NCBI GenBank assembly: GCA_951406725.2
Contig: OX597818.1
Span: 95,666,001 to 95,730,000 of the forward strand
Direction: 5' to 3'
Source: Octopus vulgaris
Lineage: Eukaryota
Length of the DNA: 64,000 nt
Part shown: in pieces, positions 13,127 to 26,891 of the stretch
Numbering within the stretch: the first letter of the stretch is position 1
Layout: each line of letters begins with the position of its first letter
Position numbers and translations under genes: made by a program
Notes under the pieces: model-generated
Seen by the model: the letters and a program-made list of their open reading frames with translations, nothing else
Told to the model about the DNA's origin: nothing
Database searches by the model: none

Positions 13127-14741
13127 TTAAATCAACATTACTCATTGTCATGAAATATGGAGTTAACTTCTGTAGTTTCACATTCAATGCTTTGAAAAGA
13201 AAATATGACTGTTAATTGAAGAACAGTTATTGGACTTGTATCTCAGGTATCAGATATGTTGATGTAAGCACATTGATAATAATATTTATTAATGAAATCT
13301 TTATGAATTACTGCTTAATACTGATTTTAAAATATTTATTTGCACCATAGTGAATGTATAAACCACCAACAACACTTCCGTTGAAGGACTGTATCCTCAA
13401 CTTTTTTTTTAACAGTTGTTTCACTGTTGATTTTTATCATGGCCCAAATGATACAGTTGATGAAACTTGATTTGAACACATCCCCTCTACCACTGAAAAT
13501 GTTGAATAAGAGTCATTAGATAAATTGTGCGAATGTTTCCTAATATAAACCTTTTAACAAAGAGAGTTGTTCACACTCCGGCATAACACTAAATAGTTTG
13601 AAAAAAAAAACCCAGAGATCTATTGCTACTGGAATGATACTTCCAGTTTCTGTGTTAGTGGATTAGAGTCAAATAAGTATCACCAATCTATCACATTCAC
13701 AGATGAGTTGCTACATATTCCTGACAGCCAGGTAAACTCTGGTAATATAAACTAAAGTGTTCTGATTAGAAAACACAAGTCACCTTTAGTAAATTTCAAC
13801 TTGTAACCTAAGAGCACACTCCAATGGCTTCTCCACTTGGCCATCTCATTTTTAAGGAATAGTATAGTAATATGCCAAGTAAATAATCCTTAAAATCTGG
13901 GGAAAGAAAAATATTTAAGGACCAGTACCTAGCTCTAATTTCATGAAGTTCAGTAGATGTAGGATAAATCTTTGAGCTGGAAGAACACCGGCCTATCACA
14001 GCTGATGTTCCCCAGATAATCTAGAATATATCCATTCAGGGGTTATGGCAAACTAAGACAACATAAAATAAAGTGTCATACTTAGAAATATATTGAAACC
14101 ATTGTAGTGGTTTGAACTCTCAGCTTTTAAAACAATGAAAACATCTATTCGGCCATGTTGGGAGTAGAGAGGGATTAATGTCACCTTGTTTTCCTCAGCA
14201 ACAGGGATTAGGGCACACAATCAAATAGCAATATCAAATGGTTTGAAATGTCCTGGTTGCTTTTGGACTTCTGCTCTTGCTGTCAGTGAGGTCCAGACAG
14301 GAAGGACAAATTCAGGGTTAAGTTTTATTAGTAAAAAGCAAACAATTCCTAATTAATAAATAATTAAATAAAGGGTATTTAAATTAGATAGGGGAGATAG
14401 AAGGAGGATTACAGGTGAAGTACACAATCATAGTAAAGTCTGTTCATTTGTAAGGGTGGTACATGGTCCTTTGATTTTCCCAGCTTCATATAAAGAGAAT
14501 AAAAAGATATAAGAGGTGAGGGGCTCTAAGGAAAGGTCAGATATCAGAGGTTCAGCAGATGAGGAATTCGAGACGATGCTGTAACAGCATGTAGATCACA
14601 TACACAAACTATATATATACATGTATATATATATATATTTTGGAGAAAGTGTGTATATAAATATATAATGCAGGCAGATTCTCATAGAATATTGATGAAG
14701 AAAGAGCGGTTGTTGTAGAGAATGGTATGTCAAGAGGTTTC

Positions 14742-14838
14742 TCAAGAAGACCGTCGCACAATTAGGTATAGTGCTACACAGATGCTGATTACCATAATTA
14801 GTCCAATAACAACAAGCATAATACGGTTGTGGATGATC
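14742..14838 (-). CDS. VTI1A: VTI1A exon 8 (transmembrane anchor, stop)
   Basis: ccttcag| RIIHNRIMLVVIGLIMVISICVALYLIVRRSS*. Confidence 0.92.
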
Positions 14839-16483
14839 CTGAAGGTAGAAAGGAAATGACAGTTAATTTACTGACAAACAAACAACAACAATTATAATAA
14901 TTATTTTTTTCCTTGTGATGAGGTCATAAGTTTTGGTCATGGAGATAGAAATCCCAGAACTTGACTAGTGTATATTTTATCAAACCTCAGAAAGGGATGA
15001 ATGGCAAAGTTGATCTCAACAGGATTTAAGCACCAACTCTTCCAGACACTTGTCTAAAAATAATTATTGCTAATATTGGTACAGGCCACATATTTTACTG
15101 AGCCTAGAAAGATGAAAAACAAAGTCTACACTAATGGAATTTGAACTCAGAATGTAAAGCATTTTGTCTGACAATCTAACAATTTGGTCAGCTCATAATA
15201 ATTTTACCACAAGGGCAGCAATTTTGTGGGAGGGAATGAGTCGATTATATTGACCTCCAGTGTCCAACTGGTACTTATTTTATCGACCCTGAAAGGATGA
15301 AAGGCAAAGTCAACCTTGGCGGAATTTGAACTCAGAATGTAAAGACAGATGAAATGCTACAAAGCATTTTGCCCAGCATGCCAACGACTGTCAACTCACT
15401 GCCTTAAAATAATGATGATGATGATAATAAAAATAATCCTCTCTACTAAAAGCACAAGGCCTGAAATGTTGGGGGAGAGGACTAACCGATTACATTGACC
15501 CCAATGTTTCACTAGTATTTAATTTATTCTTTTCTACTCTAGGTATAAGGCCTGCAAATGGATGAAAGGCAAAGTCAACCTTGGTGGAATTTGAACTCAG
15601 AATGTGAAACAGATGAAATACCACTAAGCTTTTCACCCGGCGTGCTAACGTTTCTGCCAGCTTGCCGAAATTTCTGGATCAACCCCAGAACATAACTAGT
15701 ACTTAATTTATTGACCCTGAAAGGACCTCGGAGGAATAATAATAATAGTAATAATCCTTTCTAATTTTCACAAAGTTTTGAGGGAGGAGGATAGTCAATT
15801 ACATCTCAGTCACAAGAGGTTCTTGTGTTTTTTAAAACTTAAGAACCTCTAATGACTGTAAATTAAAGGAAAGAGAGTTTTCCTTTATGTCTACATTTTA
15901 AAAAATTCCTTTTAATGGAAATTAAAGACAGACCACCAGACACATCATAAACCATTCTGGTCTGGTTTACATAATTTTGATACTTGTAAAACACTGGTGA
16001 TGGTTGCTGAGGGTTTGATTACCTCCCCTGTGTTTTTCTCTATCTTTTTCTATTTCTATATGCACGCGCGCATTCAAACATCAACTACTTTGAATGCAGT
16101 TAACAAACCATCTTGTTATTTTAACAGCTTGATAAATGGCAAAGAAAAATGTGAGTATGTACATATGGGTGCATGCTGTCCTGTCATTACATTCTAATTG
16201 TAAAGGTAAGTCACTGTCATACAAATAGTGCAATTTTTTTTGCAACTGTGGCCACTTTGCTGTTCATGTTTGAAGGACAAAGAGAAATATGTTTCTAAAA
16301 AATAGATGAGGGTAGGCGAGAGGAAGGGTATCCAGCCAAAGAAAATTTACTTCAAAGAATTTTATCTGACCCACAAGAATGGAAAAGTAATCATTAAAAT
16401 GACAATTATGAAAATGATTACACACACATCATCGCCATATATATATATATGAAAGTAAGTGTTTACTGATAGAAATACCTTAC

Positions 16484-16545
16484 CTCTTCATCATACCAGT
16501 CAACAAACGTGAACTCTTCCCAAGAGCTGTATTCATCTCATCAAC
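16484..16545 (-). CDS. VTI1A: VTI1A exon 7
   Basis: 62 nt; VDEMNTALGKSSRLLTGMMK; AG/GT boundaries; Qb-SNARE motif. Confidence 0.92.
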
Positions 16546-18225
16546 CTGAAATTAACAAAGCAGTAGAAATCTCAAGAATTTTAGAGTAGAAGAAACAAGT
16601 TTCAGATTTACATCAATCTGCTTTGTCTGTCTGTCTGTATGTATATTTGGAACGGTCATTGTTGGAACAAATTTTTTTAAAGATGGAGTTCTTTCCTACA
16701 ACTGACAATATAATTAAGTAGGGAGTGGAGAAACCAGTAATTTTTTTTTTTCCATTCAGATAAAGTATTTATAGCTGAGACAGATTGGATGGGAGACCTA
16801 GCATGTTTAATGCTAGTTTAACACTGCCACATGGTCATTGGGTGACTTAACCGAAATTCATTCTGTTAAATCCTAGGTTCCCTTGCCACTCATGTTGTCA
16901 TGTAGGTCTACATACAACATCAACTGTATCAATCTCACACAGGAGGGCTTGCAAAGATCATGAACACTGTCCCTCCTTAATTGACTAACTCACTGACAAG
17001 AAATATATATATACATATCAATATTATCTATCTATCTATTTAAGGCGACAAGTTGGTAGAATCCTTAGCAAGCTGGGCAAAATGTTTAGCCTCATTTCAT
17101 CTATGTTTTGGGTTCAAATGCTGCAGGACTCAACTTTGCCTTTTATCCCTTCGAGGCCAATAAAAATAAGTACCAGTTGAGCACTGGAGTCAATTTAATC
17201 AACTTAGCCCCTCTCCGGAAATTGCTGACCTTGTGCCAAAATTTGAAACTGATGTTATCTATCTATATATCATCACCATCATCTTTTCCAGGTCTGTATA
17301 GATCAGAAGGAATTTGCTGAGGCAGATTTTTTACAGCTGGATGATCTTCCTATCACCAACATTCACCTGTTTCCAAGCAAAGGAACATTTCCCCATGGCT
17401 GGACAGGTTTTCATGAAAGATTGGATATGAGCATCACTGCCATACAAATGCTGTATGACACCGATCTTGTCTACAACCATCATGTGATGTATAGACAAAG
17501 AAATACAAAAATATATAGACATAAACAATGGGTGTATTTCAATTTCTGCCTAATAAATCCACTCACATGGTTGTCCACTTCTACACTTCCATAAAAACAT
17601 ATCTGACCAAAGGAAACTAATACCTTTCTGTAAAATAATAAGCATTAGCAACGTCATCCAGTTGTAGAAGCGATACCAAAGCAGGCATTGGAGCACAATA
17701 GGGTTCTCTGATTCATCAGATCCTGTCAAACCATCTAACATGTACCAACATGGAAAATTGGTGCATAATGTGAGATATTGTATGCTAAAAAGGGCATCCA
17801 GTCTTAGAAACCAAGTCAAAATGAAGCCTTTAAATGAGATGTGGTCCTCTGATCCATTCAAGAAAGCAGCAAAAACTCATCCAACCCATGCCAACATGGA
17901 CAGCAATGATATAACTATAATAAATAATACATTTTTGGGTAGGGAATTTACCCTTCCAGGTGGTTGAACATATGAGAGACCAGTAGTTAATATCTGAGAC
18001 TACTGAGGCTTGGCAGATCATATGATGAAAATTCTAGAAACAGAAACATGTTCTGTTGCAAGCATGTCCCTATTTAGCTGAATGGAGATTGGAACAATGA
18101 TGCTGAGGATGATGATGATGATGATGATGGTGTGAAAAGTGAGAGAAGTTTTTTCCATAGTATTACTGGTAAGATTTCAAACAAAAGTTATTTGACAATG
18201 GTTAGCTGTTAATGTTGTAACATAC

Positions 18226-18296
18226 CCTTCCTCTTGATCTGTTTATAGTCTGGCGCTGTGAATGAAGATTTTCTAGAATGGCAGATCCAATTTGTT
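18226..18296 (-). CDS. VTI1A: VTI1A exon 6
   Basis: 71 nt; EQIGSAILENLHSQRQTINRSRGR; AG/GT boundaries. Confidence 0.92.
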
Positions 18297-19060
18297 CTAA
18301 AAAAAATAAAGATATATATATATATATATAACATTCACACTTTGGCAAAACTTATCACAGAAAAAAAAATGTCTTCATTAAATAAAATGATTTTAATATT
18401 TTTTTTATGTTTTCAAAACATAGCTATGGGCTCTGTTAGAGTCAAGATGAAGTGAGAATGAGAGGGCTACATTGTTGGGTAACAATGTAGTTTGGAAGAA
18501 TATGGCTGGAATTCATCTATAACAAAGAAATGTTTTAGAAGTTAAACACTGACAAACAATAATGCAAAGTCTAAACCACGCATCTAAAATCTGGCATTGA
18601 CAAAACACTTTGTCCATTTCATCAAGATTGATTTTACAGTAACACTATATAATAAGTACTGACTTGTACCAGAATCGTGCATTTGTTCTTTATAAGTTAC
18701 ATATTTCGATACTGGAATAATTTGAACCTATTAAACTTTAAAAAGCAGTAAAACTAAAAAAAGCTGGGAAATCACTGTCCTAAATGTACTTTTTCCTATT
18801 CTTTTACTTGTTTCAATCACTGGACTGCGGCCATGCTGGGGCACTGTCATGAAGAATTTAATGAAACAAACTGACCCCAATACATTTTTTAAAAAGTCTG
18901 GTTGTTATTCTATCAAGTTCTCTTGCTCTACTGCAAGGTTACCAGGATGTAAACAAAGTAACGCCAGAGACAAACACAAACACATATAATACATACATAG
19001 TGAATTTGGTAGATGGAAACTGTGTGGAAGCCCGTTATGCATAATCCTTATGACATGAAC

Positions 19061-19287
19061 CAGTGGTTCTCAACTGAGGTTCATATGAGATTTTGTTATA
19101 GAAATTTATTTTTCCAGAAATTTGTTATACTTTGGCAATACACAAAATATTTTAGCAATTTTTTAAATACAATTCCTATTAATATTTAATCATAAAAATA
19201 CAATAGAATTTTTTTAAACATGGGAGTCCAGTAGAATAAAATAGGAATCTAAGGAGTCCATAGGCAAAAAATGGTTGAGAACCACTG
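19061..19287. mobile_element. hAT (Charlie-like) MITE
   Basis: TIRs CAGTGGTTCTCAAC ... GTTGAGAACCACTG. Confidence 0.75.
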
Positions 19288-19644
19288 ATTTAAACAGACA
19301 TTAAATGGTGATGATGATGACATGATAGGTTTCCACACAGTTTCCATCTGCCAAATCCTTTTACAAGGCATGGTTGGCTTAGGGCTATAGTAAAAGGTAC
19401 ATGCCCAAGGTACCATGCAAAGAAATTTAACTTGAAACCATGTGGCTGCAAAACAAGCTTCCTAACCACATGGCTATGCTGTATTATCTAAAGTCTACTT
19501 TTTAAGTGGTAGCAGACTATGATTTGAGAGAGATTTTGTTGTTATTTCTCACCAAATAGAGACTCTTGTTTGGCCATTGTGCAATAGATATATTCCTGAG
19601 TCTCCAAGTAGTTCTACACTGACAGTGGACATTAACCAGTAGTT

Positions 19645-20148
19645 GGATCTTTACCTTTTGACTGGCAGATTTAAAAAATAATTTTTTGTAAATAAACACT
19701 TTCAAACTTCGGACACTAGAAGAATCTGTCATATAAAACATTTTTTACTCTTAGCATTTTTGAGAAAAACTTATATATACGAAGTTATTTCACATTAAAA
19801 TAGTCCTATTTCGGTAATTTCAACCAATCAATGATGTGTATTCAGCTGAATAAAATTACTGCTGTTGTTTGTCAACAACAACTATTGGTGGTGTATTTTT
19901 CGTTTGTCACTATTATTTATGACATCGTTTGTGCGTTTGTACTGGTTTTAGCTGTAAGGTTTTAAGGTTAGGGTCTTGATTGGTTGAAATTACTGAAATA
20001 CTACAAATTTAATGTGAAATAACTTCGTAAATATAAGTTTTTCTCAAAAATGCTAAGAGTAAAAAATGTTTTATATGACACATTCTACCAGTGTCAGAAA
20101 ATGTTTAGTTATTATTTTTTAAATCTGTAGGTCAAAAGGTAAAGGTCC
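19645..20148. mobile_element. MITE with long TIRs and 8-bp TSD (Merlin-like)
   Basis: Inverted arms of ~170-190 bp (GGATCTTTACCTTTTGAC... / ...GTCAAAAGGTAAAGGTCC); TSD CAGTAGTT/CATTAGTT. Confidence 0.75.
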
Positions 20149-20263
20149 CATTAGTTTGGCTGCATTACACAATGCAGAAGACACAATGAGTCATTAAAGG
20201 CTAAGAGCAGAAACTTCTTATTAAATGCAAAAAGATGGGCAATAAGAGGATAAATACAATTAC

Positions 20264-20348
20264 CTGTTTCCACAGCAGTGTGATATCCATGATCTAGTTT
20301 CCGTCCAGATCTTTCCAACCGTTCTGTATTCTCCAGCAACCGAGTTCG
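20264..20348 (-). CDS. VTI1A: VTI1A exon 5
   Basis: 85 nt; RTRLLENTERLERSGRKLDHGYHTAVET, recognisably similar to vertebrate VTI1A (LLDNTERLERSSRRL). Confidence 0.95.
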
Positions 20349-20665
20349 CTACAAAACATCCATGAAGTAAACTTCTATTAATATTCTGACTAAACAAGGC
20401 AGTGAGTTGGCAGAATTGTTTGCATGCTGGGCAAAATATTTAGTGAAATTTCATCTGTTCTTACATTCTCATTATAAAATCTCACCAAGCCCAACTTTGC
20501 CTTTCGTCCTTACAAGGTTAATAAAATAAGTACCAGTTGAGCACAGGGGCTTATGTAATCGACTTAACCCCACTTCTCTGAACTTGCTGGTCTTGTGCCA
20601 AAATTTGAAATCAATATTCTGACTAAATTAGATAAGAGGTACAAGCAATTACAGCATAGTCCATT

Positions 20666-20900
20666 AAGGTGGCGAGCTGGTAGAATCGTTAGCACACTGG
20701 GCGAAATGCTTAGCAGTATTTCGTCTGTCTTTACGTTCTGAGTTCAAATTCTGCCGAGGTTGACTTTGCTTCTCATCCTTTTGGGGTCGATAAATTAAGT
20801 ACCAGTTACACACTGGGGTCAATGTAATCAACTTAATCCCTTTGTCTATCCTTGTTTGTCCCCTCTATGTTTAGCCCTTGTGGGCAATAAAGAAATAAAT
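20666..20900 (+). mobile_element. Octopus-type tRNA-derived SINE (representative; further copies ~2810-3200, 15080-15720, 17042-17250, 20395-20615, 22167-22378, 25417-25630, 55720-55880)
   Basis: ggcgagctggtagaatcgttagc...gagttcaaattctgccgaggttgactttgc...gataaattaagtaccagtt recurs many times on both strands. Confidence 0.85.
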
Positions 20901-21905
20901 ATCTTAGCCCTTTTCATACATTTTGGGTTCAGATCTCATTAGAGGTTGATTCTGCTTTTCTTCCTACTGCCTATCAATAAACTAAGTACCAATCATGTGC
21001 AAGAGTAAGTCAATCAATTTTATTATTGGTTTCTTCGTAATATTCAAAGCTTTGATTTTCTTCCCACCAGAGTTGATAAATAAGTAACAATCATATATTT
21101 GAAGAGCCAATTGATTATCCCCAGCCCCTACAAATCTGTGGCCTTGTATTAGAAATCCTAAATAACCATGGTAACTGCTTCATTAATTCAACAGATTCTC
21201 ATAGGAATGACATAAGCATTCCGACTTCCTAATTTCTCACCTCCAAACTGTATCACCATGACTGCCCTGCCACTCTCCCCAACACCCGTCTACCATCCCC
21301 AACTCATGCGCCACTGATCATTCGTCACTCCCTACATCCACCCTTCAATTCGACTTAGCCTTTGAAGCTATTACCTACCTACCTCCCATCTCCTGCAAAC
21401 CCCCCATCCACACTTCTAGTTCCACTGTCCCAACACACTTCTACTCACCTCATACCTTGAAGAGACACCTGGACTCGCAACTCTTACAAATCATTCTCAC
21501 TCTCTCTTTATGGTAAATAACTATGTAGCCCCTCTACAAGAACTTGCCTGCCCTCCTCCCACCTCTTTGAATGCTGCTCCCCATCCCACCCAGGGTTTTG
21601 TAGTCTCGCAAGCTGCATGGTGACTGCATTTGTGCCAGTGGCACAAAAGAGCACCTGGTACACACTATAAAGTGGTTGGCATTGAGAAGAGCAACCAGCC
21701 ATAGAAACCATGCCAAAGCAGACACTGGAGCACAATGTAATCCTCTGATCTTGTGGATTCTGTCAAACTATCAAACCCATGATAGTATGGAACATGCACA
21801 TTAAGTGATGATGATGAAACCTCATATATATATCTTCCAAACTGATCAACTTTGTATTACATGAAGCAACAAGTGTCTTCCACAATTCTCATATCTTAGG
21901 ACATA

Positions 21906-22449
21906 CAGGGTGATCCAAAAGTCCTGTCACCCACTAAGAACAATAGAGGAACAATATAATAATAATATCAAAAACATGTGCTGGTTTTAGTACATTCCCT
22001 TTTGTTCATACAGACCTTCTCGATGTGTGACAGTGTCAATGAAAGTGAATATACTAAAACCAGTACATATTTGGTAATATTATATTGTTCCTATCTGAAT
22101 GTTTGACTGTGTGGCTTAGACCATCTCTGCATGACTCATGCTCAGACGTTCAGATAATTTCCCTTTAGGTGGCAAGTTGGCCAAAACGTTAGCATGCCGG
22201 GCAAAATTCTTCGTGGTATTTCGACCGTCTTTACATTCTGAGTTCAAATTCCGCTGAGGTTGACTTTGCCTTTCATCCTTTCGGGATTGATAAATTAGGT
22301 ACCAGTTGCATACTGGTCCAATCTAATCGATTGGCCCCCTCCCCTAAAATTTCAGGCCTTGTGCCTAGAGTAGAAAAGATTTTTATATTGTTCTTCTGTT
22401 GTTCTTATTACTTTTCAGTAGAGAGTGACAAAACCTTCAGACCACTCTG
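21906..22449. mobile_element. Tc1/mariner-type MITE with a nested SINE
   Basis: TA|CAGGGTGATCC...GTCAC and GTGAC...GACCACTCTG|TA ends; SINE inserted at ~22167-22378. Confidence 0.6.
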
Positions 22450-22894
22450 TACATTTTTATCGTGAGCTTAGATGGATAGAAATCAAAACTAACAGATAAC
22501 TCCATTTTTGACCAGGTTTTCCTCATATTTCTATAACATATAATATTCTAATTTTACAAGTATTTTCAATATCATTCGTCCATCTTTAATATTGCTTATT
22601 CCATCATAGATACCATATTTTCTAGCATACAAGTCATAATTTTCAGACCAAAATTTACAGCCCACACCAAAAAAGGTAGGTTGGCTTATACACCAAATAC
22701 AACTTTGGAGGACCAAAAATTCCATGTGGAATGCAGCAGGAAGTGGAAAGATAATGCCAATGGCTGAAGGTTTACACTATATATTGTGCCAACTTGTATG
22801 CTGGAAAACAAAATAATTGATACAATGTATATCATATATAAACTGCAATACTTGAGGCAATATGGCTATTTTGAAACTAAATTGTTTACTTTAC

Positions 22895-22966
22895 CTGATC
22901 CTCAGCATCATGATGATCATCAAGCATGCAGTCATCTTTACTGTCAAGTCCCAGTTTAGCACGTCT
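22895..22966 (-). CDS. VTI1A: VTI1A exon 4
   Basis: 72 nt; RRAKLGLDSKDDCMLDDHHDAEDQ; gcag|...|gtaaag. Confidence 0.88.
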
Positions 22967-23790
22967 CTGCAACAAATTCAACAATGATAGGTTCAGATAC
23001 AAAAAATAATGACAGATGTCAAAAGATACAATAGACAATAACACAAACCAACAATAAATCACTTTTGATAGCACAATTTTACTGAAGTCTTCAGGAAAGT
23101 CAAGGTCCGTCAATCAACTTCTTTGCAAGTAATGGAGCCCATGTGGAACCATGTGGAAGTGTTTTGATGTTTCTAATAAAACTTGATTTGTTTGCCTATG
23201 TTTTTCAATAAACTCGGCTGAGTCATCTTTGTTTTTCATTTCATTTTTCTGAATTTTTCAAATTGTAAAGGTAATTTATGAACACTCAGTATAGTCTAAT
23301 ATTAATCTATCTCAGTGGTAAGAAGGTTCATATACTGGCAAGTGTTTTCAGTTGAATACAAGTGAAAGAAAGCCCATGGATTATGTTGATGATGTTGGAC
23401 AAATATAGATTAAATACATTCAACTATTTGACATGGAGACCTCAATTACTATCACAGCTTGCCACTTTGAAATAGTGCTGGTAGAACACTGCAAAAGAAC
23501 AATTATCAGGATCTCTTTGAAATAGATCATTACATTGTTGCACTTTTAAATACGTTATTAGATTGTTCTGAAATGTATCACACAGCACTGAACAGGAACA
23601 GTGCCCTGCAACAAGAAACTAGTGCTCAATTTTATCTGAATATAAATCTAGACCAATCTAGAATTCCTGGTGTATGAGTGAGTCCTCTATGCATATATGG
23701 GTAGGACAAAACATTACAATGCAGTACATAATTTTAATATTCACTTTTCCATCCTCTCAGCTATTTTGCATCAACCATCATACTTCGACA

Positions 23791-24165
23791 TGCAGGAGTA
23801 GCTGTGTGATAAGTAGCTTGCATACCAGCATGAACATGGTTCTGGGTTCAGTCCCAATGCATGGCACCTAGGGGAAGTGTCTTCTACTATAACCTTGGGT
23901 CGACCAAAGCCTTGTGAGTGGATTTGGTTGATGGAAACTGAAAGAAGCCTGTCGTATATACATATGTGTGTGTTTGTGTTTGTCCCCCTCACCATCACTT
24001 AACTGATTCTAGTGTGTTTATGCCCCTGTAACTTAGTGGTTCAGCAAAAGAGCCCAATAGAATAAGTACTAAGCTTACAAAGAATAAGTCCTGGGGTCAA
24101 TTTGTTCGAACAAAGGCGGTGCTGCAGTCAAGTGACTGAAACAAGTAAAAGAATAAAAGAATTAG
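23791..24165 (+). mobile_element. Second Octopus-type SINE family (copies also ~1545-1915, 3495-3850, 45781-45938, 50707-51091 on minus)
   Basis: gcaggagtagctgtgtg...ggttcagtccca...gtgtcttctactata...gtggatttgg...gactgaaacaagtaaaaga is repeated throughout the window. Confidence 0.85.
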
Positions 24166-24185
24166 AAAAAAATATTGCAACTCAC

Positions 24186-24296
24186 CACATCTGTTTGAAG
24201 TTTTGAAAGTTCTGTTTTGTAGCTTCGTACTCTTGTTTGATACTTTTGCCTGTCCTTGCTTGGTTGTTCCTTCACCTCCAGGTCCATCTGTTCCAG
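24186..24296 (-). CDS. VTI1A: VTI1A exon 3
   Basis: 111 nt; LEQMDLEVKEQPSKDRQKYQTRVRSYKTELSKLQTDV (LEQMDLEV signature). Confidence 0.95.
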
Positions 24297-26376
24297 CTAT
24301 GAAAACAAAAAACAACATAAAAATCATCTTTGTTACCAATGAATAGCTTTTAATTTTGAATAGATCAACTGTATTTTACAGAAAAAAAAAAAAATTAAAC
24401 TGACTGCAGAGTTACTGTATTTGCCAGTGTATAAAAGGCACACTCCTATTTTACAAGTATATTTTGTAGGAGAACAAATGTAAGATTCTGTGCATGTACA
24501 TTCAATACTGTAACAATGGACTGGAATCATCATCATCATCATTTAATGTCCATTTCCCATGCTGGCATGAGTTGGATAGCTTGACAGAAACCGGTAAGGC
24601 CAAATGCTGCACTAGGTTCCATAGTCTGTTTTGGCTTGGTTTCTACAGCTGGATGCCTTTCCTTACACCAATCACTCCAGAGTGTACTGGGTGCTTTTTA
24701 TGTGGCTGCTGCAATAAAGAGTTAAACCATAAATCTATCATAAATATAATACGTTATGGAAGTACAGTATTTCAACTTTATCTTCTTTCATATTCATTGT
24801 ATAGTTGTTTATATTTTGGTCAAGAGAATTGTCATACAGGACGTAAAATTTGTAATTTATTGGTTGTGATGTTTTGTGTAACTGTGATAGGCCACCAGGG
24901 TGGTGCATCACAGCTTTGGTTTATTTTTGTTATTCACTTGTTGCAAATACCTGACAGGCAGATGAAAACTTAATGCTCCTTTAACCCTTTAGCATTCAGA
25001 TTATTCGGTCAAGTGTAATGCTCATAGCTTCAAGATTTCAATGATGTGAGTGTTTATTTTTAGAATGACATTGTGGGGTATGTGTGACTGGTTGGATCTA
25101 GTCAGTTTGAACATAAAACAGATAGAATATTTTAGGCCAAATATGGCCAATTTAAAAGCCAAAGGATGATTTTTCATTTAAATGAATAAAAAATGGCTTT
25201 AAAAGGTAACAGAATCATTAAACAATGTAGGTCAGGTGTAGGTGATGTATGCGAAGGAAGGAGAAATGTTCAATTTTCATCTGCCTGTCAGCTATTCACA
25301 ATGAGCGAATGACGAGATGATGCAACCTCTCCACATACTGTAAGCAATCTTTCATATGTTTGTGCTAACAGTTCACAATAATTTGGCTTAGTTTCAACAT
25401 TGTATTATTAGTTAAAGCAGCAAGCTGGCAGAATCATTAGCATGCCAGGCAAAATGCTTAGCAACATTCTGTCGGTCTTTTTGTTCTGAGTTCAAATTCT
25501 GCTGAGGCTGACTTTGCCTTTCATTCTTTTGGGGTTGATAAAATAAGTACCAGGTCAAGCACTGGGGTTGACGTAATCAGCTTACCCCCTGCTCCAAACT
25601 TGCTGGCCTTGTGCCAAAACTTGAAACTAATATTAGTAATAATTATTGTACCTAGTTGTCCAGCTCCCTAGCCTATGACACTGTCTCCCATCCATAATAC
25701 AGCTGCACTTGACAGAGAAATTTTTGGATAGATTTTTAAAATAATACAAAAACAAAAACAAAAGCATGTCTTATACACTGGTAAATATGGTAATTAGCAA
25801 ATATTTTAGTTACACAAATATAAAAGAACCTAACAATGAAAATAATCCTCTGAAGGATATTTCCCTGACAAAAAGTGGGTCCTAACCAATATTTCTTTTC
25901 TCAACAACCTACTTCTTGCCTTTTATTGATGTAGACTGCCACTAATTACCAGCTGGTTAATTAGAACTGTGGAAAACAAGAAATAGTCGGTGCCCCTGAT
26001 GTATGACTATATCCTACTGGGAGAAAAGATGCGTAGAATTTTGCCCCAAAATGTTTCTTCTCTTCCAATCAATATTTAATCCAAGGTCAACTCTGATTTA
26101 ACAGACCTATAGCCACAAATATACAATTTGTGAACATTTTGTCTCTTTCACCCAGAAATAATTCATCTAGCATTTAATCAATGTCATTATCATCATTTTA
26201 ATGTCCATTTTCCCATGCGTGCATGGTTCAAACAGGATTTATTAAGGCATATTTTCTACAACTGCCCTGTCATCAACCCTCATCTGCTTCCAAGCAAGGT
26301 AATATTTCCCCCCATAGCTGGACATATCTTTACACTGCTTGTATAACGATTCTCTCTATTAAAGGTACAAAGCCAG

Positions 26377-26891
26377 AAATTTTGGAGGGAGTGACTAGTC
26401 AATTACATCGACCCCAGCGTTTCGCTGGTACTTATTTTATTGGCCCCAAAAAGATGAAAGGCAAAGTTGACCTCAGCACAATTTGAACTCAGAACATAGC
26501 AATGGACATAAGCATTTCGTCCAGCGTGCTAACAATTCTTCCAGCTCACCACTTTACATTGCTTATATAATAGTGACACTCATTTATATCTATTGATTGA
26601 TATCAAGACAAGGAGTCATATACACACACACATTTATCTGTGTGTGTGTATGACTCCTTGTCTTGATATCAATCAATAGATATAAATGAGTGTCACTATT
26701 ATATAAGCAATGTAAAGTGGTGAGCTGGAAGAATTGTTAGCACGCTGGACGAAATGCTTATGTCCATTGCTATGTTCTGAGTTCAAATTGTGCTGAGGTC
26801 AACTTTGCCTTTCATCTTTTGGGGCCAATAAAATAAGTACCAGCGAAACGCTGGGGTCGATGTAATTGACTAGTCACTCCCTCCAAAATTT
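26377..26891. repeat. Near-perfect ~515-bp palindrome (arms ~255 bp, ~6-nt centre) in VTI1A intron 2
   Basis: 26377-26632 is the reverse complement of 26639-26891; only two small indels were noticed by eye. Confidence 0.92.

Noticed and set aside
13600-14620. Possible decayed retroelement coding sequence downstream of the VTI1A stop
   Set aside because: No recognisable motif could be translated with confidence.
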